Assembly: GCA_965222605.1 (NCBI GenBank)
Contig: OZ244960.1
Span: 4,608,001-4,672,000, forward strand
DNA length: 64,000 bases
Reading direction: 5' to 3'
Origin: Candidatus Latescibacterota bacterium
Lineage (GTDB): Bacteria; Latescibacterota; UBA2968
In this document: positions 39,506 through 48,780 of the stretch, piece by piece
Numbering within the stretch: position 1 is the first letter of the stretch
Layout: every line of letters starts with the position of its first letter
Translations under genes and position numbers: made by a program
The notes under the pieces: generated by a model
Databases searched by the model: none
Told to the model about the DNA's origin: nothing
Seen by the model: the letters and a program-made list of their open reading frames with translations, nothing else

Positions 39506-39556
39506 GAGTTTGAACTCAAAATATAATGAACTCCCATAAGGACGTCAAGTCCTTAT
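39506..39556 (-). promoter_or_regulatory. sigma70 promoter of the sodA operon with two palindromes
   Basis: Minus strand TTGACG (39543-39548)-17 bp-TATATT (39520-39525); ATAAGGAC-N5-GTCCTTAT (39536-39556); GAGTT-tg-AACTC (39506-39517). Confidence 0.7.
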
Positions 39557-39617
39557 ACAAGCCTTTTATTTTATATAACATAAATACTTACAATAACTTG
39601 ACATACATGTGGTAAAA

Positions 39618-40472
39618 TCATTTGATGCGAACCAGTGCGTTGTCTATCAGACGTGCATTGCCAAACCGCACAGCCACGGCCAGCAAGATGGAATCTTTTA
39701 GCTCGGCAACAGGTGTGAGGTCTTTCGCATCGACGGCTTCGATATAGTCGATTTCTGCACAGCGCTGAGGTGCAATGACATCGCGCATGGCTTCAATAAC
39801 CTTTTGGGCGCGCCTTTCGCCCCGAGCGATCATTTTTTCCCCCACCATTAATGCGCGGTAAAGCGCGGGGGCTTCCCGCCGTTCTTCAGCGTTTAAATAA
39901 GCATTTCTCGAACTCATCGCCAATCCGTCCGCTTCGCGCACTGTGGGTGCCATCTGTATCTCCACATCCAAATTGAGATCGCGCACCATGCATTGAATGA
40001 CTATTGTTTGTTGTGCGTCTTTTTGCCCAAAGACAGCCACATGGGGTTTTACTGCTGCAAACAGTTTGGTGACGATTGTTGTCACACCTTCAAAATGTCC
40101 CGGACGACTTGCGCCACAAAGCCCTTCGGTCAGCTTTGCCACGCTCACCGATGTCGCAAAATCTCCGGGATATATTTCTTTTTTATCGGGAAGGTATGCG
40201 AGATGTACGCCGTGTTGGTCGAGCAATTCTATGTCCCGATTTATGTCTTTTGGATAGGCGGCGAGATCTTCGGTGGGACCAAATTGCAGCGGATTGACAA
40301 AAATGCTCACCACAACCCGGTCTGTTACTTTTAACGCCTGGCGCACGAGGCTGAGATGTCCTTCGTGCAAATATCCCATTGTGGGTACAAGCCCGATGTG
40401 CAAGCCCGCCTGTCGGATACGGTCTGCTGCGCGGTGCATCTCGTGAACGGTTTTTATAATTTTTACGGCCAT
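39618..40472 (-). CDS. panC: pantoate--beta-alanine ligase
   Basis: PTMGYLHEGH, RPGHFEGV, FGQKDAQQ, MSSRN, RLIDN. Confidence 0.97.
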   Translation of the reverse strand: MAVKIIKTVHEMHRAADRIRQAGLHIGLVPTMGYLHEGHLSLVRQALKVTDRVVVSIFVNPLQFGPTEDLAAYPKDINRDIELLDQHGVHLAYLPDKKEIYPGDFATSVSVAKLTEGLCGASRPGHFEGVTTIVTKLFAAVKPHVAVFGQKDAQQTIVIQCMVRDLNLDVEIQMAPTVREADGLAMSSRNAYLNAEERREAPALYRALMVGEKMIARGERRAQKVIEAMRDVIAPQRCAEIDYIEAVDAKDLTPVAELKDSILLAVAVRFGNARLIDNALVRIK

Positions 40473-41305
40473 TATCTGTCTATCCGCGCTCTAAATCGGC
40501 TCAACTCCGAGTTTTTTATCTTAAAGCGGTGTTTGTCTTCTGGAAAACGGTGCGCCTTGATATCTGCGACATAGGCTGCAAATGCCTGATGCATCACCCC
40601 TTTGAGATCGGTGTATGTTTTGACAAACCGATAATGGCTTTTGTAAACGCCCAGCATATCGTGTGCAACCAGCACTTGCCCATCGCATACGCGCCCGGCG
40701 CCAATTCCAATAGTTGGCATGGACAACCGCTTGGTCACGACTTCGGCGACGCGCTCGGGCACGCATTCTAAAACTACTGCCAGCGCGCCGGCAGACGCCA
40801 GTGCATCGGCATCATATAGGACGTCGAGTGCTTCTTCGGCGCGATCGCCAAACACGGGGCGCTTACCCGTGCGCGTTTGAGGCGTATAGCCCACATGCCC
40901 AACCACGGGAATGCCCTCGGCGACGAGTGCCTCGACCTGGGGCGTTATATTGCGTCCCCCCTCGAGTTTAACCACTTCGGTACCAGCAAAAACCAATTGC
41001 CGCGCATTTTCTAATGCTTGCTCTGGCGTTTCGTAAGATCGATAGGGCAAATCTGCCATCAACAGGGCACTCACTACTCCGCGCCGCACCGCGCGCGTGT
41101 GGTGGAGCATATCATCCATTGTCACCTGCTGTGGGCTTTTATACCCCAACACATTGACGCCAACCGAGTCTCCCACAAAGATGACATCGACACCCGCTGC
41201 ATCCTGAAAAACAGCCGTGGGATGATCGTAACAGGTCAACATCGCAATGGGTTCGCCTCGTTGTTTCATCAGCGCGAGGGTTTCTGGTTTTACCCGCGAT
41301 CCCAT
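40472..41305 (-). CDS. panB: 3-methyl-2-oxobutanoate hydroxymethyltransferase
   Basis: VGDS, VKLEGG, GHVGYTPQ, GIGAG..CDGQVLV. Confidence 0.97.
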   Translation of the reverse strand: MGSRVKPETLALMKQRGEPIAMLTCYDHPTAVFQDAAGVDVIFVGDSVGVNVLGYKSPQQVTMDDMLHHTRAVRRGVVSALLMADLPYRSYETPEQALENARQLVFAGTEVVKLEGGRNITPQVEALVAEGIPVVGHVGYTPQTRTGKRPVFGDRAEEALDVLYDADALASAGALAVVLECVPERVAEVVTKRLSMPTIGIGAGRVCDGQVLVAHDMLGVYKSHYRFVKTYTDLKGVMHQAFAAYVADIKAHRFPEDKHRFKIKNSELSRFRARIDR

Positions 41306-41308
41306 AAG

Positions 41309-41962
41309 TCAGGTCCGCCTTGTCTTGCCAGCTTCCATGTGCGCTGGCCGATAATAACGGGTTCCAGAAGGAGGCGATTTAATTTGTGCCAGTAAATCCT
41401 CTAAGTGTTCCGGGCGGTTTTCAAAATCGACCTCCGATACATTAACTGCGAGTAGTGGCGTTATCGAATAATGAAAGAAAAAATGGTTATAAGCTTCTAA
41501 TAACTGCGCGACGTATTCTTTTGTTATCTCTCTTTCATATCCACGTTCATGGCGTCTTATACCCCGCATCAGGTGATTGACTGTGGTTTGCAAATAAATC
41601 ACCAGATCTGGACGGGGAAGTTTTTCGCTCAATGTTTCGGCCAGTCGCTCATACAGCGCAAATTCCGTATCGTTGAGCGTCACATTGGCGTAGATGCGGT
41701 CTTTTTCAAAAATAAAATTGCTGACCACGGCGTCTTCAAACAAATCCATCTGATGCAGTTCTTGTTGTTGTCGATAGCGGCTTAGCATAAAAAAGACCTG
41801 GGTTTGAAAGCCATATTGATCTGGAGCCTCGTAAAACAAAGGCAAAAAGGGATTTTCTTCGGGTTCTTCGAGCAGCAGGCGAGCATTTAGACGACGCCCC
41901 AGCAGGCGAGCCAAACGCCTTTTGCCCACACCTGTTACTCCTTCAATAGCTATATATCGCAA
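41309..41962 (-). CDS. deoxynucleoside kinase
   Basis: YIAIEGVTGVGK, ENPFLPLFY, PDLVIYL, RGYE. Confidence 0.92.
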   Translation of the reverse strand: MRYIAIEGVTGVGKRRLARLLGRRLNARLLLEEPEENPFLPLFYEAPDQYGFQTQVFFMLSRYRQQQELHQMDLFEDAVVSNFIFEKDRIYANVTLNDTEFALYERLAETLSEKLPRPDLVIYLQTTVNHLMRGIRRHERGYEREITKEYVAQLLEAYNHFFFHYSITPLLAVNVSEVDFENRPEHLEDLLAQIKSPPSGTRYYRPAHMEAGKTRRT

Positions 41963-41979
41963 TGCTAAATCCCTTGGTC

Positions 41980-42510
41980 TTATTTTTTAATTATCAAATT
42001 GAGACCTTCAATTTTTCGCACGGACAAATCCATGCCCAAAGCATGTGCTGAAGTGCCTTTGTTCAGTGATTCGGTTAAAAATTGAATCGATTGACCCAAA
42101 ACGGGATGTTTGAGATCGGGTTTGATGTCGCAAAGCGGCACCAGAACGAATGCGCGCTCGTGCAAGTGTGGGTGTGGCACCTGCAAGCCCGGCTGGTTGA
42201 TGATGGCATCGCCGTAGAGTAAAATATCGAGATCCAGCGTGCGCGGCCCCCACCGCGTCTCGCGCATGCGACCAAATTTGCGCTCAATTGCCAACAGACA
42301 ATTTAATAGACTTCGCGCAGAGAGACTGGTATGGATTTGCAGAACGGCGTTGAGAAAATACGGCTGGTCAACCACACCGATCGGGGCGGTCTCATAGACT
42401 GCAGAGGTAGCGACAACGGCGATTTCGGGTTTTGCATTTAGAATATCTGTCGCTTCCTGGAGCGTTTTTTCCCGATCCCCCAAATTCGCGCCAATGCCAA
42501 TGTAGATCAC
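41980..42510 (-). CDS. folK: 6-hydroxymethyl-7,8-dihydropterin pyrophosphokinase
   Basis: GIGANLG, FLNAV, WGPRTLDLDIL, PHP.LHERAFVLVPL. Confidence 0.96.
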   Translation of the reverse strand: MIYIGIGANLGDREKTLQEATDILNAKPEIAVVATSAVYETAPIGVVDQPYFLNAVLQIHTSLSARSLLNCLLAIERKFGRMRETRWGPRTLDLDILLYGDAIINQPGLQVPHPHLHERAFVLVPLCDIKPDLKHPVLGQSIQFLTESLNKGTSAHALGMDLSVRKIEGLNLIIKK

Positions 42511-42866
42511 GTCTCACGTCTCACTTCAACTTCAACGCCATCGAAATTGACGGATACCGGTGGGTTGGGTTTGCGAACGCGCACGAGGAGTTTTGTCAAT
42601 CCCAATTCCGACTGCAAAACGTCAGCGATGCGGTCTGCCAGGGCTTCGACGAGGCCAAAACGCTCGCCTGTCACCACTTGTTCGACTATCTTACAGACGC
42701 GCGGATAATCTACGGCATGAGGTGTATTGTTGTGTGCAAACCCCCTGAAATTGCCATAGATTTCTACGTCAACTTCAAATTTTTGACCGAGTTTAGCCTC
42801 TTCTTTAAACAGTCCGTGGTAGCCGTAAAAAGCTATATTTTTTATTCTCAGTACGTCATTTGTCAT
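42507..42866 (-). CDS. folB: dihydroneopterin aldolase
   Basis: FYGYHG..EE...GQKFEVD, VDY, LVEALA, VRKP. Confidence 0.95.
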   Translation of the reverse strand: MTNDVLRIKNIAFYGYHGLFKEEAKLGQKFEVDVEIYGNFRGFAHNNTPHAVDYPRVCKIVEQVVTGERFGLVEALADRIADVLQSELGLTKLLVRVRKPNPPVSVNFDGVEVEVRRET

Positions 42867-42892
42867 GGTGCCAATATTTACAATTCCATTTG

Positions 42893-43882
42893 TTAAGTCA
42901 AGCGGTTTACCGTAAATGGCAGGTTGACCACTTCGGCCTCTGATCCGTCGTCCAGTAGTACGCGCTGTCCCGCTTCGTGATAGCCCCGGCGGATGATAGA
43001 GAGGGCGATCACGCGATTGAGGCGGATCGATTTCACACAGGTGGTTACCCGTCCGACGGTTTTATCGTTGACTATTATATTGCCACTAACAGGCGTATTG
43101 CCGCTCAGTAATAAGCCCGTTAGATAGCGGCGGGGGCGTCCTCGAAAGTGCATTTTGGCGATTACTTCTTGCCCAATGTAGCATCCCTTGTCAAAATCGA
43201 CTGCGCGATTCAAGCCGGCTTCGAGGGGAACGACCAACTCATCGATCTCAGCGCCATAACGGGGAATACCGGCTTCGACCCGCAATATTTCTCCCACTTG
43301 CCATCCGATGGGCGTTCCCCCCGCTGTGACGAGTGCCCGCCGCAATGAATCGGCGTGGTCTTGTGCAATGCGGAGATCACAGCCCGGTTCACCTGTGTAT
43401 GACCGCGCTGTGACCCAAATTGGGATGCCGTCAAAGGCGTGTATAACCGTATGATGTTCGGGCAGGTCAGTGGGTACGCGCCCAACAACCCGACCGATCA
43501 ACTCAAGGGCTGTGGGCCCCTGTACCCCCAAAATGGCCCAGGTGTCGGATTCGTCCGATAGCGCGACATCATCGGCGATCAGATAGCGGTCCAGGGTTTC
43601 AATTAACTTTGTCGCAAGCCCCGGCTCTGTTTCCATATAGATACAATCTTGTAAACGGTGGACCCAAATATCTAATAGCGTTTGTCCCCGCGCCGATGTG
43701 ACTGCGGCGTAATTGCCCCCATTTTCAGCGAGGGATTCAACGGTATTGGTCACCATGCCGTGCAAAAATCTCAGACAATCCGCGCCTTCTGCACGCACTT
43801 TGCCTCGCTTGTTGCGGTTGAATATCCCCGCGTTTTCTCGAACGGCGCGGTACTGTATTTCCATATTTCGATGTGATGACAT
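42893..43882 (-). CDS. YgfZ/GcvT-family folate-binding protein
   Basis: FLHGMVTN, LRVEAGIP, KGCYIGQE. Confidence 0.9.
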   Translation of the reverse strand: MSSHRNMEIQYRAVRENAGIFNRNKRGKVRAEGADCLRFLHGMVTNTVESLAENGGNYAAVTSARGQTLLDIWVHRLQDCIYMETEPGLATKLIETLDRYLIADDVALSDESDTWAILGVQGPTALELIGRVVGRVPTDLPEHHTVIHAFDGIPIWVTARSYTGEPGCDLRIAQDHADSLRRALVTAGGTPIGWQVGEILRVEAGIPRYGAEIDELVVPLEAGLNRAVDFDKGCYIGQEVIAKMHFRGRPRRYLTGLLLSGNTPVSGNIIVNDKTVGRVTTCVKSIRLNRVIALSIIRRGYHEAGQRVLLDDGSEAEVVNLPFTVNRLT

Positions 43883-43982
43883 ATATTCTATCCTCCTATT
43901 GTCTAATCGCGGCAATATCTATATACTTTAAAAACGCCGTTTTTGTCAAAGGATTCTCATTCTCATCATAAAGGAGATTCAT

Positions 43983-44951
43983 GTGAAAGCCATTCGCATA
44001 TCGCAATACGGTGGTGCAGAAGTTTTGAGTTTTGAAGATATTGATGTAGCAGACCCGGGCGAGGGACAGGTGCGGGTTACCATAGAAGCAGCGGGTGTCA
44101 ATTTTATCGACACCTATCACCGCACGGGCCTTTATCCTCTGAATTTGCCGCTGACACTGGGTCTGGAAGGCGCTGGCATCGTAAACGCGGTGGGCGCAGG
44201 AGTTTCGGATTTGGCTGAGGGCGACCGCGTGGCATGGAAAAGCGTGGCGGGTTCTTATGCCGAGCAAGTCGTCGCAGACGCAGCCGAGGTGGTGAAAATT
44301 CCCTCAGATGTTGTCACCAAAACCGCAGCCGCGGTGATGTTACAAGGGCTAACAGCGCATTATCTGGTCAATAGCACCTATCCGATTCGCGAAGGCGATA
44401 CCTGCCTCATCCACGCAGCCGCAGGAGGCGTTGGTCTTTTGCTCGTGCAGATGGCAAAAATGCGCGGGGCGCGGGTTATTGGCACCACATCTACCGAAGA
44501 AAAAGCGGCTCTGGCACGAGGTGCGGGTGCCGACGATATTATTCTTTACACCGAACGGGACTTTGAAGCCGACGTTCTGCATCTCACAGATGGTCAGGGC
44601 GTCGAGGTCGTTTACGATTCCGTTGCCAAAGCCACCTGGGAGAAAAGCATCAATTGCCTCAAACCGCGCGGTTATATGGTCTTTTTTGGCAATGCCAGCG
44701 GGCCGGTTCCGCCGATTGATCCCTTGCTCCTGTCGCAACAAGGGTCTATTTATCTCACGCGCCCAACGCTCAATAGCTACACGCAGACCCGCGAAGAATA
44801 TCTCCAGCGCACCCGCGAGGTTATGGGCTGGATTCAAGATGGCGATCTGGATGTGCGTATTGGTGAAGAGCATCCTCTTGACAATGCGGCCGAAGCACAT
44901 AACCGCCTCGAAGGTCGGCAGACTACGGGGAAAGTGCTGTTGATTCCATAA
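43983..44951 (+). CDS. qor: NADPH:quinone oxidoreductase (zeta-crystallin)
   Basis: GVNFIDTYHRTG, HAAAGGVG, YLTRP, TTGKVLL. Confidence 0.92.
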   Translation: MKAIRISQYGGAEVLSFEDIDVADPGEGQVRVTIEAAGVNFIDTYHRTGLYPLNLPLTLGLEGAGIVNAVGAGVSDLAEGDRVAWKSVAGSYAEQVVADAAEVVKIPSDVVTKTAAAVMLQGLTAHYLVNSTYPIREGDTCLIHAAAGGVGLLLVQMAKMRGARVIGTTSTEEKAALARGAGADDIILYTERDFEADVLHLTDGQGVEVVYDSVAKATWEKSINCLKPRGYMVFFGNASGPVPPIDPLLLSQQGSIYLTRPTLNSYTQTREEYLQRTREVMGWIQDGDLDVRIGEEHPLDNAAEAHNRLEGRQTTGKVLLIP

Positions 44952-44955
44952 TCGC

Positions 44956-45438
44956 ATGTGTATCGAAAACCACACCACGCTGATACTGCTCGTGAGAGGC
45001 GATCCCATAACCCATGTTTTGCTCGGCTATAAAAAACGCGGGTTTGGCGCGGGGAAATACACGGGTATTGGCGGGAAAATTGAACCCGGGGAAACAGTGC
45101 GTGCAGCCGCTGTGCGCGAGATGCGTGAAGAAACAGGCGTTGTGATGTCGCCCCAGGACCTTGTAGATGCCGGGCATTTGACGTTTTATTTTCCCGCCCG
45201 TCCCCAGTGGAATCTCACGACCCGTATTTTTATTGGGCGCAGGTGGAAGGGTGAGCCAGTGGAAACAGGGGAAATACGCCCTGTGTGGTTTAAAATCGAT
45301 CACTTGCCCTTTGATACCATGTGGGATGATGCTACCTATTGGTATCCCTATGTGTTGGAGAATAAGCGCGTCAGAGCTACATTTACGTTTTCCACCGACT
45401 GCAAAACTGTCGCGACCAGCGAGATTGAAATGTGGTAA
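44956..45438 (+). CDS. Nudix hydrolase, MTH1/8-oxo-dGTPase-like
   Basis: LLGYKKRGFGAG, GGKIEPGE...AVREMREETG, MWDDATYW. Confidence 0.9.
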   Translation: MCIENHTTLILLVRGDPITHVLLGYKKRGFGAGKYTGIGGKIEPGETVRAAAVREMREETGVVMSPQDLVDAGHLTFYFPARPQWNLTTRIFIGRRWKGEPVETGEIRPVWFKIDHLPFDTMWDDATYWYPYVLENKRVRATFTFSTDCKTVATSEIEMW

Positions 45439-45537
45439 GCTGTGTATTTTTTTTCTTGACTCTTGTGGTAAAATCATTATATATCTGAGCGTCTGATAAA
45501 CAAAACTTAACAGACTCTTCACTTTCTCTTTAACGAG

Positions 45538-46398
45538 GTGATTGCTTTGCCTATATTATCCAGAAATGTTACCAAAGATGCACTGCATCACTACCTCGAA
45601 GATGTGGCTTCGTCTCAACCCCTGTCTTCTGCAGAGGAAGTTGAACTTGCTATTCGCATTCGCAAAGGCGATCAGAAAGCGCGGGCAAAACTCATTGAAG
45701 CCAATCTGCGCTTTGTGATCACTGTGGCTTACGAATATCAAAATCAGGGCGTGCCGCTCGTGGACCTCATCAGCGCGGGAAACGTCGGTTTGATCACAGC
45801 GGCAGAGCGTTTTGACGAGACGAGAGGATTTAAGTTTATCTCTTATGCTGTTTGGTGGATTCGCCAATCTATTTTGCAAACGCTGGCTGAACACGCCCGG
45901 GTTGTGCGCCTTCCTCTCAATCGCGTGGAATTGCTCAGGCGCATATCTCGCTATAAAAGTAGCCGACAGCACGAGACTTCGACGCGTACTGCCGAAGAGG
46001 AAATTGCCGAAGAATTGGATATCCCAGTGGAGCAGGTTACGGATATTCTCAGGAGTGGGCAGCGCACCTTGTCTCTCGATACGTCTCTTGGCGATGGGGA
46101 AAATAGCCTTCTTGAAATGATGCCCGACAACTCACAAGAGTCGCCCGATGCAATGGCATTGAGAAATACCCTCAAAGCTGAAATCTCAAGAGCTTTGAGC
46201 ACGCTCGATGAACGCGAGCAAAAAGTCATTCGACTCTATTTTGGATTGGGTGGTGGCACGGAGATGACACTTGAAGAAATTGGTAAACAATTTCGCCTGA
46301 CGCGCGAAAGGATTCGTCAAATAAAAGAAAAAGCACTCCGAAAATTGCGCCACCCCACGCGTGGGCGAAAGCTGATGCCCTACGCGGAAGATGCGTGA
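45538..46398 (+). CDS. RNA polymerase sigma-70 factor, short RpoD/SigA type without region 1.1
   Basis: ANLRFV, RGFKFISYAVWWIRQSI, TLEEIG..F.LTRERIRQIKEKAL. Confidence 0.93.
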   Translation: MIALPILSRNVTKDALHHYLEDVASSQPLSSAEEVELAIRIRKGDQKARAKLIEANLRFVITVAYEYQNQGVPLVDLISAGNVGLITAAERFDETRGFKFISYAVWWIRQSILQTLAEHARVVRLPLNRVELLRRISRYKSSRQHETSTRTAEEEIAEELDIPVEQVTDILRSGQRTLSLDTSLGDGENSLLEMMPDNSQESPDAMALRNTLKAEISRALSTLDEREQKVIRLYFGLGGGTEMTLEEIGKQFRLTRERIRQIKEKALRKLRHPTRGRKLMPYAEDA

Positions 46399-46407
46399 AC
46401 TGAAACG

Positions 46408-47760
46408 CTAATCTCTCAATTTTTTCACCCATTCTCGAAACTGATCACCGCGCTCTTCAAAATTGCGAAACTGGTCGTAACTCGCCGATGCTGGCGATAG
46501 CAATACCACATCGCCAGCTTGTGCGAGCCCCGTCGCGCAACCCATTGCTTCTTCCAAATTTTCTACGCGGTGAATATTGGTTTTCCCTTTTGCGGTTGCC
46601 GCAATCGCGTCCCCAGTTTCGCCCATCACAATTAGATGTGCGACCTTTTCCTCTATCGCCACTCCCAAATCGTCAAATGCAATGCCCTTATCGTAGCCGC
46701 CAGCGATCAGCACGATCGGCTTGTCAAATGCCATGAGCGCTGTTCGCGTGCGGTCGGGACTCGTGGCTATTGAATCGTTTACATAGAGAACGCCGTTTAC
46801 TTCTGCCACCTGCTCCAATCTGTGCGGCACCCCCTGAAATGTTTGCAATATCTCGGCGATATCTTTTTCAGATACACCGCTTACAATTGCTGCACCTGTG
46901 GCTGATAGTGCGTTGGAGAGGTTGTGCCGTCCGCGCAAGAATATGGTATCTACAGAACAGACGGTTCGCGTCTCGCCACCGATTGCGTGTTGAATTTTTT
47001 CCTCGCGGACAAATACATCCCCCTCGCCTTCAACTGCAAATACCACCCGCTGCCCTGTGCCCGCCCAACGAGATACTTCGGCATCTTCCCCGTTGACAAT
47101 CGTCCAATCGCTTTTTGTCTGGTGTGTGACGATTTGTTGCTTGGCTTTTCGATACGCTTGTAAAGACCCGTGAACGTCGATGTGATTTGGCGCGAAGTTG
47201 GTTATGACAGCGATGTGGGGACTCCACGGCAAATCGCCCAATCGGTCGAGTTGAAAGCTCGATAATTCCAGTACGACGGGTACATCGGCGTACAGCATGT
47301 CCAATTCATCCAGTAATGAACCCCCAATATTGCCACCGATTCGCGTGCGTTTATTTTTTCGCTTGAGCATTTCTCCCAATAGCGAAGTTGTTGTCGTTTT
47401 TCCACTGCTGCCCGTTACGCCGATTATGGGTGCGGGACAGCGTTCGACAAATAGGCAGATTTCCGATGTGATGGGCACGCCCGCAGATTCTGCAATTTTC
47501 AAGTATCGCGATGATCGGGGTACCGCGGGATTGGCGACAATTAAATCTGCGTTCCGAAAATCCGCTTCTTCGTGCCCCCCCAGTTTAAAGGCGATGGGCA
47601 ACCCGTTTAGCGCGCACACCGAAGCGCGCAGATCTTTTTTCGGGCGCAAATCCGTCACTGTCACCACCGCGCCTTCGCGCACCAGAAAACGCACTGCTCC
47701 CACGCCCCCGCCAAATAATCCCAATCCCATTACTGTGACGCGCTGGCCTTTCAGGTTCAC
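46408..47760 (-). CDS. murD: UDP-N-acetylmuramoyl-L-alanine--D-glutamate ligase
   Basis: GVTGSSGKTTT, ELSSFQL, HRLE, NDSIAT, LSPASASYDQF.NFEERG. Confidence 0.96.
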   Translation of the reverse strand: MNLKGQRVTVMGLGLFGGGVGAVRFLVREGAVVTVTDLRPKKDLRASVCALNGLPIAFKLGGHEEADFRNADLIVANPAVPRSSRYLKIAESAGVPITSEICLFVERCPAPIIGVTGSSGKTTTTSLLGEMLKRKNKRTRIGGNIGGSLLDELDMLYADVPVVLELSSFQLDRLGDLPWSPHIAVITNFAPNHIDVHGSLQAYRKAKQQIVTHQTKSDWTIVNGEDAEVSRWAGTGQRVVFAVEGEGDVFVREEKIQHAIGGETRTVCSVDTIFLRGRHNLSNALSATGAAIVSGVSEKDIAEILQTFQGVPHRLEQVAEVNGVLYVNDSIATSPDRTRTALMAFDKPIVLIAGGYDKGIAFDDLGVAIEEKVAHLIVMGETGDAIAATAKGKTNIHRVENLEEAMGCATGLAQAGDVVLLSPASASYDQFRNFEERGDQFREWVKKLRD

Positions 47761-47780
47761 GGGAAATCTCCAGGTGAGGG

Positions 47781-48767
47781 CTATTCTTTTAACAATTGAT
47801 CGATGAGATCAACCGGGGTGATGCCTTCGGCTTCGGCGTTGAAGTTTGTGACGAGGCGATGGCGCAATACGGGTCTGGCGACAAAAGATACGTCGTCGAT
47901 AGACGGTGCATAGCGTCCGCTGAGTACGGCACGCGCTTTGGCGCCCAGGATGAGGCATTGGGAGGCGCGCGGGCCAGCACCCCATCTGAGCATGTGGCCA
48001 ATGGATGTGTCTGAATTCTGAGGGCGGGTTTTGCGGACGAGATCTACCGCGTGATCTACGATGTGATCGGCTACTGGAACTTTGCGGATGAGTTGCTGGA
48101 GGTTGCGGATTTGTGCGGCGTTGAGTACGGGCTGTACGTCGTGTGTTTTGGCTCCTGTGGTGGCTTTGACAATGGCGCGTTCTTCTTCTCGGGTGGGATA
48201 ATCGATCCACAGGTTAAAGATGAAGCGGTCGAGTTGGGCTTCGGGCAGGGGATAGGTGCCTTCTTGTTCGATGGGATTTTGCGTGGCTAAGACAAAGAAT
48301 GGTTCTTCGAGGCGAAAGGTTCCCCCTCCAGCGGTGACTTCGTGCTCTTGCATGGCCTGTAACAAGGCGGCCTGGGTTTTGGGCGGGGTGCGATTGATTT
48401 CATCGGCCAGGATGATGTTGGCAAATAAAGGGCCTTTGACAAAGCGAAATGCTTTGTGTCCGGTGGTGTGGTCTTCTTCGAGGAGTTCTGTGCCCGTGAT
48501 GTCCGAAGGCATGAGGTCGGGGGTAAATTGGATGCGGCTAAAAGACAAGTCGAGGGCGCGCGCGAGGGTGCTGATGAGAAGTGTTTTGGCCAGGCCGGGC
48601 ACACCGACGAGCAAACAATGGCCCCCACAGAGGAGGGCTATGAGTAGCTGATCGACGATTTCCCGCTGTCCAATAATTACTTTGCCAATTTCGGCGACGA
48701 TCTGGTCATACGCGGTTTTTAATTGTTCAACGGCCTGGAGGTCTTCGTGAGGGGATACTTCGGGCAT
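47781..48767 (-). CDS. MoxR-family AAA+ ATPase
   Basis: GVPGLAKT, RIQFTPDLMPSD, LADEINRTPPKTQ, ATQNPIEQEGTYPLPEAQLDRF. Confidence 0.96.
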   Translation of the reverse strand: MPEVSPHEDLQAVEQLKTAYDQIVAEIGKVIIGQREIVDQLLIALLCGGHCLLVGVPGLAKTLLISTLARALDLSFSRIQFTPDLMPSDITGTELLEEDHTTGHKAFRFVKGPLFANIILADEINRTPPKTQAALLQAMQEHEVTAGGGTFRLEEPFFVLATQNPIEQEGTYPLPEAQLDRFIFNLWIDYPTREEERAIVKATTGAKTHDVQPVLNAAQIRNLQQLIRKVPVADHIVDHAVDLVRKTRPQNSDTSIGHMLRWGAGPRASQCLILGAKARAVLSGRYAPSIDDVSFVARPVLRHRLVTNFNAEAEGITPVDLIDQLLKE

Positions 48768-48780
48768 TTTGTTTCCTTTC

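Noticed and set aside
39572-39600. dif-like site (minus strand TTATGTTATAT resembling the XerD arm)
   Set aside because: No XerC arm at the required 6-bp spacing; AT-rich context makes chance likely.
39608-45478. Identical 15-mer TGTGGTAAAATCATT at 39608 and 45464
   Set aside because: A few 15-mer matches are expected by chance in 64 kb, and one copy overlaps the panC stop.
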